A stretch of DNA of 64,000 nucleotides from Rhodanobacteraceae bacterium (GCA_035552915.1 DATNEQ010000021.1:7031-71030); one strand, 5' to 3'. Shown: positions 1 through 8,735, counted from the first letter of the stretch. Numbers and translations are program-made. Notes: generated by a model not told the origin, from the sequence alone.

Positions 1-55
1 ATGTAGCACGGCAGGCCTGGATGCAGCGGAGTGGAATCCCTGCCTGTCGTGGGCT

Positions 56-67
56 CCGAAGGTGGGA
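56..67. repeat. att-like direct repeat: copy of the 3-prime end of tRNA-Leu
   Basis: ccgaaggtggga at 56-67 is identical to 1146-1157 inside the acceptor/T-arm end of the tRNA at 1141-1227. By hand alignment the flanks extend the match imperfectly (51-76 vs 1141-1166, 19 of 26). Confidence 0.45.
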
Positions 68-1140
68 TGAGATCCCGTTCTGCATTGTCCCGAGGTGCGC
101 ACTCATCCATTTTGAATGGAGCCTCTCATTAGCGCGCTTGAGATCAAGCAATCGCTGGCCAGGTGCCCGGAGCCACTGTCTCGAAATCCGATAGTAATTG
201 CGGTATTCGGACCAGATTTGCGCGGCGTAACGTATAAAATGCAACCACAAAGTATCGGTTCAAGCCTTACATCGAGTCTATTTGGATATAGAAGGGGACT
301 GTGGTGCCGGAAGCTGGGTGGCGGTTCCAGATGTTTGAATGCCCATGAAGCGCGCTCCTAAATCCCAAAGTTCGCGTCTCATACTTGGACCTTGATATTT
401 GGGTAAATGTATCGGCAGCTCGTCTAGATGCTGCGCGAGCATTTCAACGGTCATTTCAAATTTCTGCCGGGGGGATTTGAGTATCGCATCTCGAACTGTG
501 TAAACCACTTCGGCGCTGTATTTTCGACGCGGTGCGGTTGCGGCATGCTCTAGCCCATCGGTTATGGATTGCGCCGCGCCGAGCGCATTGCACTTGGTGG
601 CTATCTCCGGATCATCGAATGTGAGTTCGTGGTCGGCTAGGTGCGCAAATACGTTTCGTATTTCTCGCACCTGGTGAAGATCGTAGGCTGCATCTTCATC
701 AATCCAGGCTAACGTCAGCGCCAGTTGAATACGTGCAGCAAAACTTCCAGGCATGGGCAGTGAATTCTTCTGCAAGCAACGCCCGTACACGCTCTTAAGC
801 CGTTCATCCACAAGCGCACCGCCAAGTACCGCGCATCCTCGTGCGGACTCGTTACGAAACGGGCTACTAAAGCCGTTGAGATCAAACTTCGCTGGGGATG
901 GAGAGCGGTTTGGCATGAGAGCTCGTTGCTTGGGTGGACCGAAACGCAGTGCTGCAGTTCCAATGCTATAGCCCTGCGCACCACCGCGCATGTTTCATGC
1001 GAGCGATTCCTGGCCTCGGTCCCTTTCACCGCGTACCGGATGCAAGCGGGCGGGTTTGGACGCCAACGCACAAAAAACCCGCTGAGATACGGGCTTCATG
1101 GGGATAACTGGATAGATGTGGACAGCTATGAATGAGGCTC
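68..1140. mobile_element. possible remnant or miniature genomic island inserted at the tRNA-Leu 3-prime end
   Basis: The segment is bounded by the tRNA 3-prime end (1141) and the tRNA-end copy (56-67). It is visibly AT-richer than everything to the right of 1141. It carries one cargo gene and no integrase within the window. Confidence 0.35.
278..991 (-). CDS. HEPN-domain protein, MtlR-like (mannitol-repressor fold) family
   Basis: ORF 278..991. It contains ESARGCAVLGGALVDERLK followed by REIRNVFAH, i.e. an R-x4-H HEPN motif (RNVFAH), in the arrangement typical of MtlR-like HEPN proteins. G+C is lower than in the neighbours. The true start may be the internal Met (MPNRSPS..., about 916). Confidence 0.7.
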   Translation of the reverse strand: MRGGAQGYSIGTAALRFGPPKQRALMPNRSPSPAKFDLNGFSSPFRNESARGCAVLGGALVDERLKSVYGRCLQKNSLPMPGSFAARIQLALTLAWIDEDAAYDLHQVREIRNVFAHLADHELTFDDPEIATKCNALGAAQSITDGLEHAATAPRRKYSAEVVYTVRDAILKSPRQKFEMTVEMLAQHLDELPIHLPKYQGPSMRRELWDLGARFMGIQTSGTATQLPAPQSPSISK

Positions 1141-1227
1141 TGGTGCCGAAGGTGGGACTCGAACCCACACGCTTTTAAGGGCGGCGGATTTTGAGTCCGC
1201 TGCGTCTACCAATTCCGCCACTTCGGC
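1141..1227 (-). tRNA. tRNA-Leu (anticodon CAA), class II with long variable arm, CCA encoded
   Basis: The reverse complement reads GCCGAAGTGGCGGAATTGGTAGACGCAGCGGACTCAAAATCCGCCGCCCTTAAAAGCGTGTGGGTTCGAGTCCCACCTTCGGCACCA. Visible elements: 7-bp acceptor stem GCCGAAG/CTTCGGC, anticodon arm GCGGA-CTCAAAA-TCCGC, T-arm GTGGG-TTCGAGT-CCCAC. Confidence 0.93.
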
Positions 1228-1240
1228 GCACGAACTGACA

Positions 1241-1269
1241 AGTATGCGGGAGCTGCCGCCCGGTGCCAA
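1241..1269 (-). promoter_or_regulatory. candidate sigma70-type promoter for tRNA-Leu
   Basis: On the minus strand: TTGGCA (1269..1264), a 17-nt spacer, then CATACT (1246..1241), ending about 14 nt upstream of the mature tRNA 5-prime end. Confidence 0.3.
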
Positions 1270-1356
1270 GAGCGAAGTGCGCGGACATTCGCGTGCTTCG
1301 GGATCGGTTCAAACCGAAGAGTACGCACCGAGCACGTTTCCGCGCCGGGGTGCGAG

Positions 1357-1938
1357 CTAGTTCGTGTTGTCCTGTGGCAACACGCGCTCGCCACGCGCAT
1401 ACCATTCGCCATCGACCGGCTCGAACACCGCGCAGGTGAGCATGCGATCCTGGTAGATGTGCAGGCTGACGGTGACGTCGTCGCCGGGATTGCGGATGGT
1501 GTGGTACTCGTGCGGCGGGATCAGGCTGCCGGCCGAACCTGGGCCGGCCTGGATCGCGCCCGCGGGACGGAAACGGTAGCGGCGTTCGTCGTCGTCGTGT
1601 TCCAGCAGTTCGTACTGCACCACTTCCAGTTCGCCGCGCCACACGCCTTCCACGCACCACATGCCGCAATGGTCGTGGATCGGCGTGCCCTGGCCCGGCC
1701 CCCAGGTCATCGCCACCACGCAGTAGCCGTGTTCGTCGCTGCGATACAGTTCGCGACGCGCGTAGTGGTCGCCGCAGGGTTCGAACACGCATTCGGGCAG
1801 TTCGACCTCGCTGCCGCGGATCATGCGGCAGAGGCCATCGCGCAGAGCGCGCGTGACGCGTTCGGTTTCGTGCTGTGCGACCGCGGCATCGAGCGTGTCG
1901 ATCAAGGTGCGGCGGCCGGGAAATTCGATGGCGAGCAT
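1357..1938 (-). CDS. cysteine dioxygenase type I-like cupin (thiol dioxygenase)
   Basis: 193 aa. Cupin metal-site motifs GTPIHDH and PPHEYHTIRN. Size and layout are typical of bacterial CDO / 3-mercaptopropionate dioxygenases. Confidence 0.8.
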   Translation of the reverse strand: MLAIEFPGRRTLIDTLDAAVAQHETERVTRALRDGLCRMIRGSEVELPECVFEPCGDHYARRELYRSDEHGYCVVAMTWGPGQGTPIHDHCGMWCVEGVWRGELEVVQYELLEHDDDERRYRFRPAGAIQAGPGSAGSLIPPHEYHTIRNPGDDVTVSLHIYQDRMLTCAVFEPVDGEWYARGERVLPQDNTN

Positions 1939-1976
1939 GATGCGCCCCTGGCGGACGCCGACATTCTAGCAGCGCG

Positions 1977-3101
1977 TCAGAGCGACGCCATGAAGGCGCC
2001 GATGGCCGCGCCGAAACGCGCGGTATCCACCAGGAACGCATCGTGGCCCTGCGGTGAATCCAGCCCGACGAAATCGACCTCGGCGCCGCCCGCGCGCAAC
2101 CCTTCGGCGATCTCCTCTTGCTGTTCCAGCGGAAACAGGATGTCGGTTTCCACGCCGATCACCAGCGCCCGTTCCAGCTTGATGCGCGTCAGCGCCGCGC
2201 GCACGGCTTGCCCCGGATTCGTGCCGGAATCGCCGGGGGCGTATTCGGCGATGTCGAACCAGTCCGAGGCACGCGAGAGATAGAGGTAGCAGTTGGGGTC
2301 GAATGCGCGCACGAAGCGGCGCGCATGCGCGTTGAGGTACGACTCGACCTGGAATTCCGCGCCGAACGGATCTTCCTCGCGTTGGTCGGATTCCAGGCGG
2401 ATGCGGCCGAAGCGCCCGCGCCATTCGATGGCCGAGCGGTAGGTGATCACGCCGAGCTTGCGCGCGAGGCTGATGCCGACTTCCGGGTAATGCGCGTCGT
2501 CGTAGTTGCCTTCGTTCCAGTGGGGGTCGAGGCGGATCGCCTCGCGCTGCAGCGAGCGGATGGCGATCGCGAACGGCCTCGCCTGCGGCGCGGTGGACAC
2601 GCTGACGTGCGCGCGCACCGCGCCGGGGTGATGCATCAGGTAGCCGAGCGCGGCCATGCCGCCCATCGAGCAGCCGACCAGCGCCGCCAGCCGCGCAATG
2701 CCGAGGCCGCGCGCCAGTTCGAACGCGGCGTTGCCGATGTCCTCAAGCGTGAGTTCCGGGAAATCCAGGCGATAGGTCTTGCCGCTGTGCGGATCAATCG
2801 ATGCAGGCCCAGTCGAACCCTTGCTGCTGCCCAGCGAGTTCACGCAGATGACGAACCAGCGGTTCGTGTCCAGCCCCTTGCCCGGGCCGACGATGTCTTC
2901 CCACCAGCCAGGCGTGTCGTCGATCGCGTTGCGCGCGGCGTGCGCGCTGGGCGACAGGCCGGTGAGGATCAGCACGGCGTTGTCGCGCGCGGCGTTCAAC
3001 GTTCCCCACGTTTCGTAGCTGAGCCTGGCGGCGTGCAGCGCGCCGCCGCGCTTCATGCGGAAAGGCGAGGGCAGGTCGAAGTATTGGCGGGCGTCGGCCA
3101 T
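1977..3101 (-). CDS. metX: homoserine O-acyltransferase (MetX family, acetyl- or succinyl-transferring)
   Basis: Alpha/beta-hydrolase with GCSMGG nucleophile elbow and the MetX-type N-terminus (LPSPFRMKRGGAL...LSYETWG). I moved the start to MADARQ (ATG 3101) from the 401-aa track ORF. Confidence 0.9.
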   Translation of the reverse strand: MADARQYFDLPSPFRMKRGGALHAARLSYETWGTLNAARDNAVLILTGLSPSAHAARNAIDDTPGWWEDIVGPGKGLDTNRWFVICVNSLGSSKGSTGPASIDPHSGKTYRLDFPELTLEDIGNAAFELARGLGIARLAALVGCSMGGMAALGYLMHHPGAVRAHVSVSTAPQARPFAIAIRSLQREAIRLDPHWNEGNYDDAHYPEVGISLARKLGVITYRSAIEWRGRFGRIRLESDQREEDPFGAEFQVESYLNAHARRFVRAFDPNCYLYLSRASDWFDIAEYAPGDSGTNPGQAVRAALTRIKLERALVIGVETDILFPLEQQEEIAEGLRAGGAEVDFVGLDSPQGHDAFLVDTARFGAAIGAFMASL

Positions 3102-3191
3102 CGTGATCGTGGAATGCGAACCGGAGCCGCGCACTTTAATGGCCGCGCGCGGTCGGGCCAAGCCACCGATGGCGCGCCGCAAGCGCCGGCG

Positions 3192-4286
3192 TCAGCGCAC
3201 GCGGTCGATCGTCAGCACGACCGGCTCGCGCGAATCGCTCGCGACCGGTTTCGCGGGGGCTTCCATATCGCCCGCCTGCGGCAGCGCATTGCCGGATTTG
3301 CTGATCCGCGCGGAGACCTGCACGCGCGGGAACATCGAAAGTTTCAATTGCGGCGCCATCGCCATTGCATCGGTGAGCGTCACCGTCGCCGGCAGTTGCG
3401 ACGCCTGCAGGCGCGCCACCGCCAGCGGCATCGGCGGGCCGCCGATCGCGCGTGCGAAAACGAACAGGATGTCGCCGGGCGATACTCGGGAGGCGAGTTT
3501 CGGATCCAGCGTCACTTCCACTTTCAATGCCACATCCGCTGCCGGCGTCGCGTCGGCGTTGCCGGAAGACGTGGCGCGCGCGGCCTGTGCGGCCACGTCA
3601 CCAGCGATCGTCTCCGCCTGCGCCTGGGTCTTGCCTTGCGAGCGCGCCTGCGCCATGGCGATCTGCGCGTTCACCGCGACGGCGAGTTTCGATCCCGCCG
3701 GCAACAACGGAAGCAGACGGCGCCAGTTCGCGGAAGCGTCGTCGTAATGCCCGAGCTGGTAGTCGCTGATCCCCAGCAGCCACAACCCGCGCTGGTGTTC
3801 GGGCTGCAGCGCGACCGCACGTTGCAGCAGGCCGCGCGCTTCGCCGTCGATGCGATGATCGGGCTTCGCCTGCGCGTCGGCTTCGGACCACGCCACCATG
3901 ATGTCCGGATCGTCCGGCTTGAGCTTCAGCGCGCGACCAAAGGCGTCGAGCGCATCGGCGGGAAGATTCATCGCCGAATACGCCTGGCCCAGCAGCAGCC
4001 AGCCGTTGACGTCGCCCGGCGCCTGCAGCAATTTCGCGCGCAGTTGTGCGGTGGCGGCGGCCATGTCGAGTTGCGCATCCGGCGCCTGGGCCAGTGCGCG
4101 CGGTGCGCCGTAAAACGCGTACAGCGCGATGGCGGCCGGCGGCAGCGCGAACGCCAACAGCAGCGCCAGCACGAAGATCGCGCGCGGGCGGCCGTTGCGG
4201 CGCGCGCTGCGCAACATGGGAATCAGCACGCAAACCAGCGCCGCGGCGAGCATCAACGCAGCAAGGGCGACGAACGTCGTGTTCAC
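3192..4286 (-). CDS. ccmI: c-type cytochrome biogenesis protein CcmI (CycH), N-terminal membrane anchor plus TPR
   Basis: 364 aa. Two N-terminal hydrophobic segments are followed by TPR-like repeats (GWLLLGQAYSAMN..., LWLLGISDYQLGHY...). It lies in the ccm neighbourhood. GTG start. Confidence 0.8.
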   Translation of the reverse strand: MNTTFVALAALMLAAALVCVLIPMLRSARRNGRPRAIFVLALLLAFALPPAAIALYAFYGAPRALAQAPDAQLDMAAATAQLRAKLLQAPGDVNGWLLLGQAYSAMNLPADALDAFGRALKLKPDDPDIMVAWSEADAQAKPDHRIDGEARGLLQRAVALQPEHQRGLWLLGISDYQLGHYDDASANWRRLLPLLPAGSKLAVAVNAQIAMAQARSQGKTQAQAETIAGDVAAQAARATSSGNADATPAADVALKVEVTLDPKLASRVSPGDILFVFARAIGGPPMPLAVARLQASQLPATVTLTDAMAMAPQLKLSMFPRVQVSARISKSGNALPQAGDMEAPAKPVASDSREPVVLTIDRVR

Positions 4287-4480
4287 CTAAAGATATCCGC
4301 AAACCGGAGAAGACAAGATGGGGAAGGGAATCATCGCCACGCTTCGCCCGTCGGCGTTGGCTTCGTCACGCATATGACTGACGCCTGCCGAGTGGCGGCA
4401 ACGCCGGGGACGACACAATGAGATCACGAGTATAGCCGAGCGGCGCGCGCGGCTTCGCGGGGACGGCAGCGGCGGTCTCG

Positions 4481-6688
4481 TCAGCGCAGCGGTGCGATCC
4501 GCAAGGCGCGATATTCGGCGTCATTGACCGCTCGGTCGCCACCTTCGCCGCCGGTGTAATGCGCGAAGTGCGCGAGCTCGCTCATGTTGAAGCCCTGTTC
4601 CAGGGTGAAGTGGCAGATGGCGTTCGAGCCCGCGGTGAACGTGGCGATGGTCGATGCCTGCACGCCCTGGCTGTGCGGCATCACCAGCAATACCCGCTGT
4701 GGTCCGGAACCGGCACACGCCACGCGCAGCCATTTGACCGCGGCGGTGATGCCGGTATTGATCGGGCCGTGCGGGTTGGAGTAATCCATCCAGACCTGGA
4801 AACGACCCGTCGACGGCGCTTTCCATTCGCGCGGCCACGCGCCGGTGACGCTCGCAACTCCGCCTGCGCAGATCGCCTCGCCGGGCAGCGATTCGATGCC
4901 GTCCTCGCCGACGCGCGTGCTGCGGAAACAATGCCGCGCATCCGACCACGGCAGGAACGCGGTGCCGTCGATCTTGCCGTGCCGCTGGCCGTCGACATAC
5001 AGCATGCCGGGTGCGGCGACGCGTATCTGCCAGCGATTGCCCGCGCGCGTGACCTGCGGCGCGCCGGGGGAAGCGGGCGCGTACAATGATGCGTCGCCGC
5101 GCAGGCGCGTCGGCGGCACCGTGATGGACTTCAGCATGACAATGGTCTCGTCGCCGTCGTGTTTCGTCGTGTCCGCGACCAGCAGGTTGCCGTCCAGCTT
5201 CATCGGCCGCACAAGCGCGATCCGCTGCCCGGGCAATTGCAGGCTGATGCGATCGCGCGTGCCGAACAGCATCGGCACCAGCGATGCCGGCAATTCGGGA
5301 TGGATGCCGCCGTCGTTCTCCAGGCCGAACACGCCCTCGGTCACCATCTGCAAATAGGCCGCCACCGACCACAACTGGCGCGGCGAGTCGACCACGGGCC
5401 CGCCGAGTTTGCCTGCATCGACACGGATCGATTGCGTCGCGAGATCGAAGTTCTCCATGTTGGAACCGGAGAGCGCCGCGCCGCGCACGAGGGACTGCAG
5501 TTCATGCGCGATCAATTCGGGCTGCCGCGTCGCGCGCGCGGCGCGCAGCGCGTAGGCGCTGACGAACGGCCAGATCGCGCGGTTGTGGTAGATCGGCTGG
5601 TCGGTGCGCTCGGGCCAGATCACCGGGCTGCCGGCGGGGTATGCGGGGTAATTCGCCAACGTCGCGCGCGCGCGTTGCGGGTCGGCGATCCCGCTGGTCA
5701 CCGCGAGCGAGATGCCGAGCAGGTCATAGGTATCCACCGGCATGCCATCGCCGCCGATGTAGCTCATGTACATGCCGCGATCGGCACGCCAGAACCGAGC
5801 GTTGATCGCGCGTTTCAACGATTCTGCCTGCGCGGAATAATCCCCGGCGCGCGCGTCGCCGCGCTGCGCGGCCATTCGCGCGGCGAGGCGCAATGCGTCG
5901 TAGTGCAACACGTTGGTGGAGAGCGCGAAGGATTCCGCGATGAAGACGACGTCCCCGGCTGTCCATGCCGGATAGGTCTGCTCGCGCCAGTCGAGGAAGG
6001 AAGTCTCGCCGCGATACAGGCCCGTCGCCGGATCGAAGGCATAGGCGCGATCCTGCGCCAGCGTGTCGTTCAACGCCTGCCAGGCCTTGTCGGCGAAGGA
6101 TCGGTCGTCGAGCAGGTGGCGCGCGCCGAGGAACCATGCCACGCGGTCGGTGCTGATCGGCCAGCTGCCGCCCGAGCCGGTATCCTGCATCGGATAGAGC
6201 CGCGCTGAATCCGCACCCTGCGCAGCGTCGGCGGCGCGCACGCCGGAGAGTTTGTACAGCAGGCCGTTGCGCGCGCGTTCCGGATCGAAGCGCCACAGCC
6301 CGAGATCGATCGAGTAGGAAAGATCGCGCGTCCACACATACGGCCACTTCTCGCCGGTCTCGAAACAGTGGCAGGGCATCGGCTGGCCGTGGTCGAACGC
6401 GCCGTCCTGGATCGAGGCGACCGAATCGAGCTTGAGGTCGGCCTGCGCCATCGCGAACAGGCCGTCGAACATCGTGCTGGCGGTCCGCACCGATGCGGCG
6501 CCGCCAGGAATGCGGCGTGCGCCATTGTCGTCGTGCAGCACGAATCCGCCATCGGGTGCGACAGCCATCGTGGCATGGCGATGCTGCCAAACGATGGTGC
6601 CGTCGCTGCCATTCGCGGCAGCGACGGCCGCGAGCGGGAAGCCGCAGGATGCGACGAGCAGGCCGCCGATCAAGCGCGAACGCTTCAT
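4481..6688 (-). CDS. secreted (possibly lipoprotein) six-hairpin (alpha/alpha)6 glycoside hydrolase, GH15/GH63/GDE_C-like, with C-terminal beta-rich CBM-like tail
   Basis: Start moved to MKRSRLIGGLLVASCG (signal peptide with lipobox-like VASC). Motifs WPYVWTRDLSY, NRAIWPFVSAYALRAA and QLWSVAAYLQMV are typical of (alpha/alpha)6 glycosidases. ATGA overlap with the upstream GH39 gene. Confidence 0.7.
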   Translation of the reverse strand: MKRSRLIGGLLVASCGFPLAAVAAANGSDGTIVWQHRHATMAVAPDGGFVLHDDNGARRIPGGAASVRTASTMFDGLFAMAQADLKLDSVASIQDGAFDHGQPMPCHCFETGEKWPYVWTRDLSYSIDLGLWRFDPERARNGLLYKLSGVRAADAAQGADSARLYPMQDTGSGGSWPISTDRVAWFLGARHLLDDRSFADKAWQALNDTLAQDRAYAFDPATGLYRGETSFLDWREQTYPAWTAGDVVFIAESFALSTNVLHYDALRLAARMAAQRGDARAGDYSAQAESLKRAINARFWRADRGMYMSYIGGDGMPVDTYDLLGISLAVTSGIADPQRARATLANYPAYPAGSPVIWPERTDQPIYHNRAIWPFVSAYALRAARATRQPELIAHELQSLVRGAALSGSNMENFDLATQSIRVDAGKLGGPVVDSPRQLWSVAAYLQMVTEGVFGLENDGGIHPELPASLVPMLFGTRDRISLQLPGQRIALVRPMKLDGNLLVADTTKHDGDETIVMLKSITVPPTRLRGDASLYAPASPGAPQVTRAGNRWQIRVAAPGMLYVDGQRHGKIDGTAFLPWSDARHCFRSTRVGEDGIESLPGEAICAGGVASVTGAWPREWKAPSTGRFQVWMDYSNPHGPINTGITAAVKWLRVACAGSGPQRVLLVMPHSQGVQASTIATFTAGSNAICHFTLEQGFNMSELAHFAHYTGGEGGDRAVNDAEYRALRIAPLR

Positions 6689-8241
6689 TCGTGCAGTTCG
6701 ACCACGACCAGGCCCTGTGGCGGCACGTCGATCTTCAAATGGCCGTGATCGGGCGTCGCGCTTTCCGGCGTCGGCAACGCGCCGGCGGCGCGCAATTGCG
6801 CGATCTGTTCCCGGCTCGGGAAGGGCGGGCGACCCATCGCATCGAAGGCTGCGACCGCGTTGCCGTGCGCGGCGTCCACGCGCCATACCGTCGCGATGGC
6901 ATTCGCGGGCAAGTGAGCGACCGCGAGATCGAAGTGCTTCATCGTGCCTTGCGGTTCGCCGCCGACATAGCTGCCGGTGTCACCCAGCGGCGGCGCGTAG
7001 TTCCACAGCGCAACCACGATGACGCCGCCGGCGTTGCGCGTGGCCAGCGCGCTGTCGCTATCCAGCGGCAGGCGGGTATCGCCCAGCTTGTGCAGCAGCG
7101 CGAAGGCATTGAAGGCGGGCTTGGGAATGCGGTCTTCCGCGATCAGGCCGAAGCCGCCGTAAAACGGCGTGTGCACCACGCCCTGTTCGTCGAACACGTC
7201 GGAGAACGACCAGTAGCTCATCATCGCCACCTTGTCCGCGCACATGCGGATGGTGTTGGCCATCCACGGGCCCATGAACACGGTGTCGGTGACATCCGGC
7301 AGGTTGGCATACGAGGCGTTGTATTCGCTGAAGACCAGCGGCAGTTCCGGATAAGGCGAAGCGGCGATTTCGCGGTCGACCTTGGCGATTGCGCGGCAGA
7401 CCATGTCCGAGCGCGGAATCTTTTCGTTGGTGTGGAAGACGTTTTTCGCGGTGTCGTCGCCGTAGACATGCGTGCTGACGAAATCCACCGGCACGTCCGC
7501 CTGCTTCACGTGCGCGAGGAAATCCGGAACCCACGCGGCCTGCGCGGTGGCCGGGCCGCCGACGCGCAGGCGGGGGCTCGCCGCCTTCAGCGCCCGCGCG
7601 GTGTGGTCGTACAGCGTGAAATACGTCGACTGCGCCGGCTTGCCGGCCCAGAAGTCGATGTTCGGTTCGTTCCACACTTCGAAATACCACTGCGACACCT
7701 CGTCGATGCCGTAACGGTCGATGAGGTGTTTCGCGAACGCCGTGATCGTGGCGTCCCATTCCCTGTAGTCGCGCGGGGGCGCCACGTTGGGGTGATACCA
7801 GAAAGATTGCAGCGCTCCCGGATCGGAAGTCAGCGCGCCCGGCATGAAACCCACTTCCACGAATGGCCGCACCCCGCGTTCCAGCAGCCCGTCGTAGATC
7901 TGGTCGACGTAGGAGAAGTTGTAGGACAGCGTGCCGTCCTTGTTGCGGTTCACCAGGCCGACGTCATCGTCCAGGATGTCGTGGAAGCGGATGTAACCGA
8001 AGCCGGTCGCGGCGTGCACCGCTTCCAGGTCCTTGCGGTAATCGTCGCGCAACGAGAGCGACGCGCGGCCCGATCCGAACATGTCCTCCCAGGTGTGCGG
8101 GAACGGCGTGCCATGCGCCTGGGCATCGATGCGCACATTCACATCCGTGGATGCTTCGCCGGCGGATGCGGCAGGCAAGATCGGCAACAGGAAAAATCCC
8201 AGCAATGCGGGAATGCAGGTGCGGCAATTCAAGCGGCGCAT
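6685..8241 (-). CDS. secreted glycoside hydrolase family 39 (beta-xylosidase-like)
   Basis: Start moved to MRRLNCRTCIPALLGFFLLPILPAASA (signal peptide). GH39 hallmarks: YIRFHDILDDD, WYFEVWNEPN (acid/base Glu region), FVSTHVYG. Confidence 0.85.
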   Translation of the reverse strand: MRRLNCRTCIPALLGFFLLPILPAASAGEASTDVNVRIDAQAHGTPFPHTWEDMFGSGRASLSLRDDYRKDLEAVHAATGFGYIRFHDILDDDVGLVNRNKDGTLSYNFSYVDQIYDGLLERGVRPFVEVGFMPGALTSDPGALQSFWYHPNVAPPRDYREWDATITAFAKHLIDRYGIDEVSQWYFEVWNEPNIDFWAGKPAQSTYFTLYDHTARALKAASPRLRVGGPATAQAAWVPDFLAHVKQADVPVDFVSTHVYGDDTAKNVFHTNEKIPRSDMVCRAIAKVDREIAASPYPELPLVFSEYNASYANLPDVTDTVFMGPWMANTIRMCADKVAMMSYWSFSDVFDEQGVVHTPFYGGFGLIAEDRIPKPAFNAFALLHKLGDTRLPLDSDSALATRNAGGVIVVALWNYAPPLGDTGSYVGGEPQGTMKHFDLAVAHLPANAIATVWRVDAAHGNAVAAFDAMGRPPFPSREQIAQLRAAGALPTPESATPDHGHLKIDVPPQGLVVVELHE

Positions 8242-8297
8242 GTCGGGTCGTCCTCGCTCGTCGTCCCCGCCATTGTGTACGAACTTGCGCGCACGAG

Positions 8298-8735
8298 TTA
8301 CCAGTCTTCGCCGGAATCGCCCTCCGCGACCTGGGCCGCGGGTCGCGCGCGCTTGCGCAGCAACACGATGATCACGATGACGCCGGCCACGACCAGCACG
8401 GGCGGCCCGAACCACAGCAGCAGCGTTGCGGGTTTAAGCGGCGGGTCGTAGAGCACGAAATCCGAATAGCGCGCCACCAGGTATTGCTTGATCTGCGCGT
8501 CGCTCCTGCCCTGTTGCATCATCTCGAAGATCTGGCCGCGCAACTGCTTGGCCAGGTCGGCGTTCGAGGCGTCCAGGCTTTCGTTCTGGCAGACCATGCA
8601 GCGCAGTTGCGAGGTCAGGTCCTGGAAGCGTTCGCGTTCCGCGTCGTTCCTGAAAGGCAGCGGATCGATCGCGAAGGCGGCGAAACTGGCGCAGAGCGCC
8701 ACCAGGCACAACAACGCGGCGAGGATGCGTTTCAA
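8298..8735 (-). CDS. ccmH: cytochrome c-type biogenesis protein CcmH (CcmL)
   Basis: Signal peptide, the LRCMVCQNESL motif, and a C-terminal TM segment. Inferred TTG start at 8735 overlapping the ccmG stop (TTGA). Confidence 0.85.
   Translation of the reverse strand: MKRILAALLCLVALCASFAAFAIDPLPFRNDAERERFQDLTSQLRCMVCQNESLDASNADLAKQLRGQIFEMMQQGRSDAQIKQYLVARYSDFVLYDPPLKPATLLLWFGPPVLVVAGVIVIIVLLRKRARPAAQVAEGDSGEDW

Noticed and set aside
15-30. ggatgcagc at the window start, resembling the -35 half (GCTGCATCC on the minus strand) of the shared promoter motif.
   Set aside because: The sequence where the -10 half should lie does not resemble gatacgg, and it runs off the window edge. A single 9-mer match is not enough.
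116-361. Small ORFs in the mini-island (116..361 +, 753..971 +, 926..1135 +, 715..1071 -) as possible partners or antitoxins of the HEPN gene.
   Set aside because: All overlap the HEPN ORF or each other, have no ribosome-binding site or recognisable motif, and have odd composition. I cannot support any of them as a gene.
3102-3191. Possible SAM riboswitch in front of metX.
   Set aside because: Only about 90 nt separate the ccmI stop from the metX ATG. I could not recognise SAM-I or SAM-II conserved cores by eye. A covariance-model scan (Rfam/Infernal) would be needed, and a hit would overturn this rejection.
2118-4421. Very long ORFs antisense to or out of frame with recognised genes. Examples: 2118..4421 (+), 6493..8451 (+), 21054..23408 (-), 43403..45091 (-), 45280..47769 (-), 50053..51567 (+), 55038..56951 (-), 61165..63171 (+).
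   Set aside because: Their translations are Arg/Ala/Gly/His-rich low-information strings with no motifs. Each lies opposite a gene with clear family signatures. Long shadow ORFs are expected in high-G+C DNA because stop codons are rare.
8242-8297. Possible terminator or promoter in the 56-nt ccmH-GH39 gap.
   Set aside because: I see no stable stem followed by a T-run and no convincing -35/-10 pair. The gap is left unannotated.
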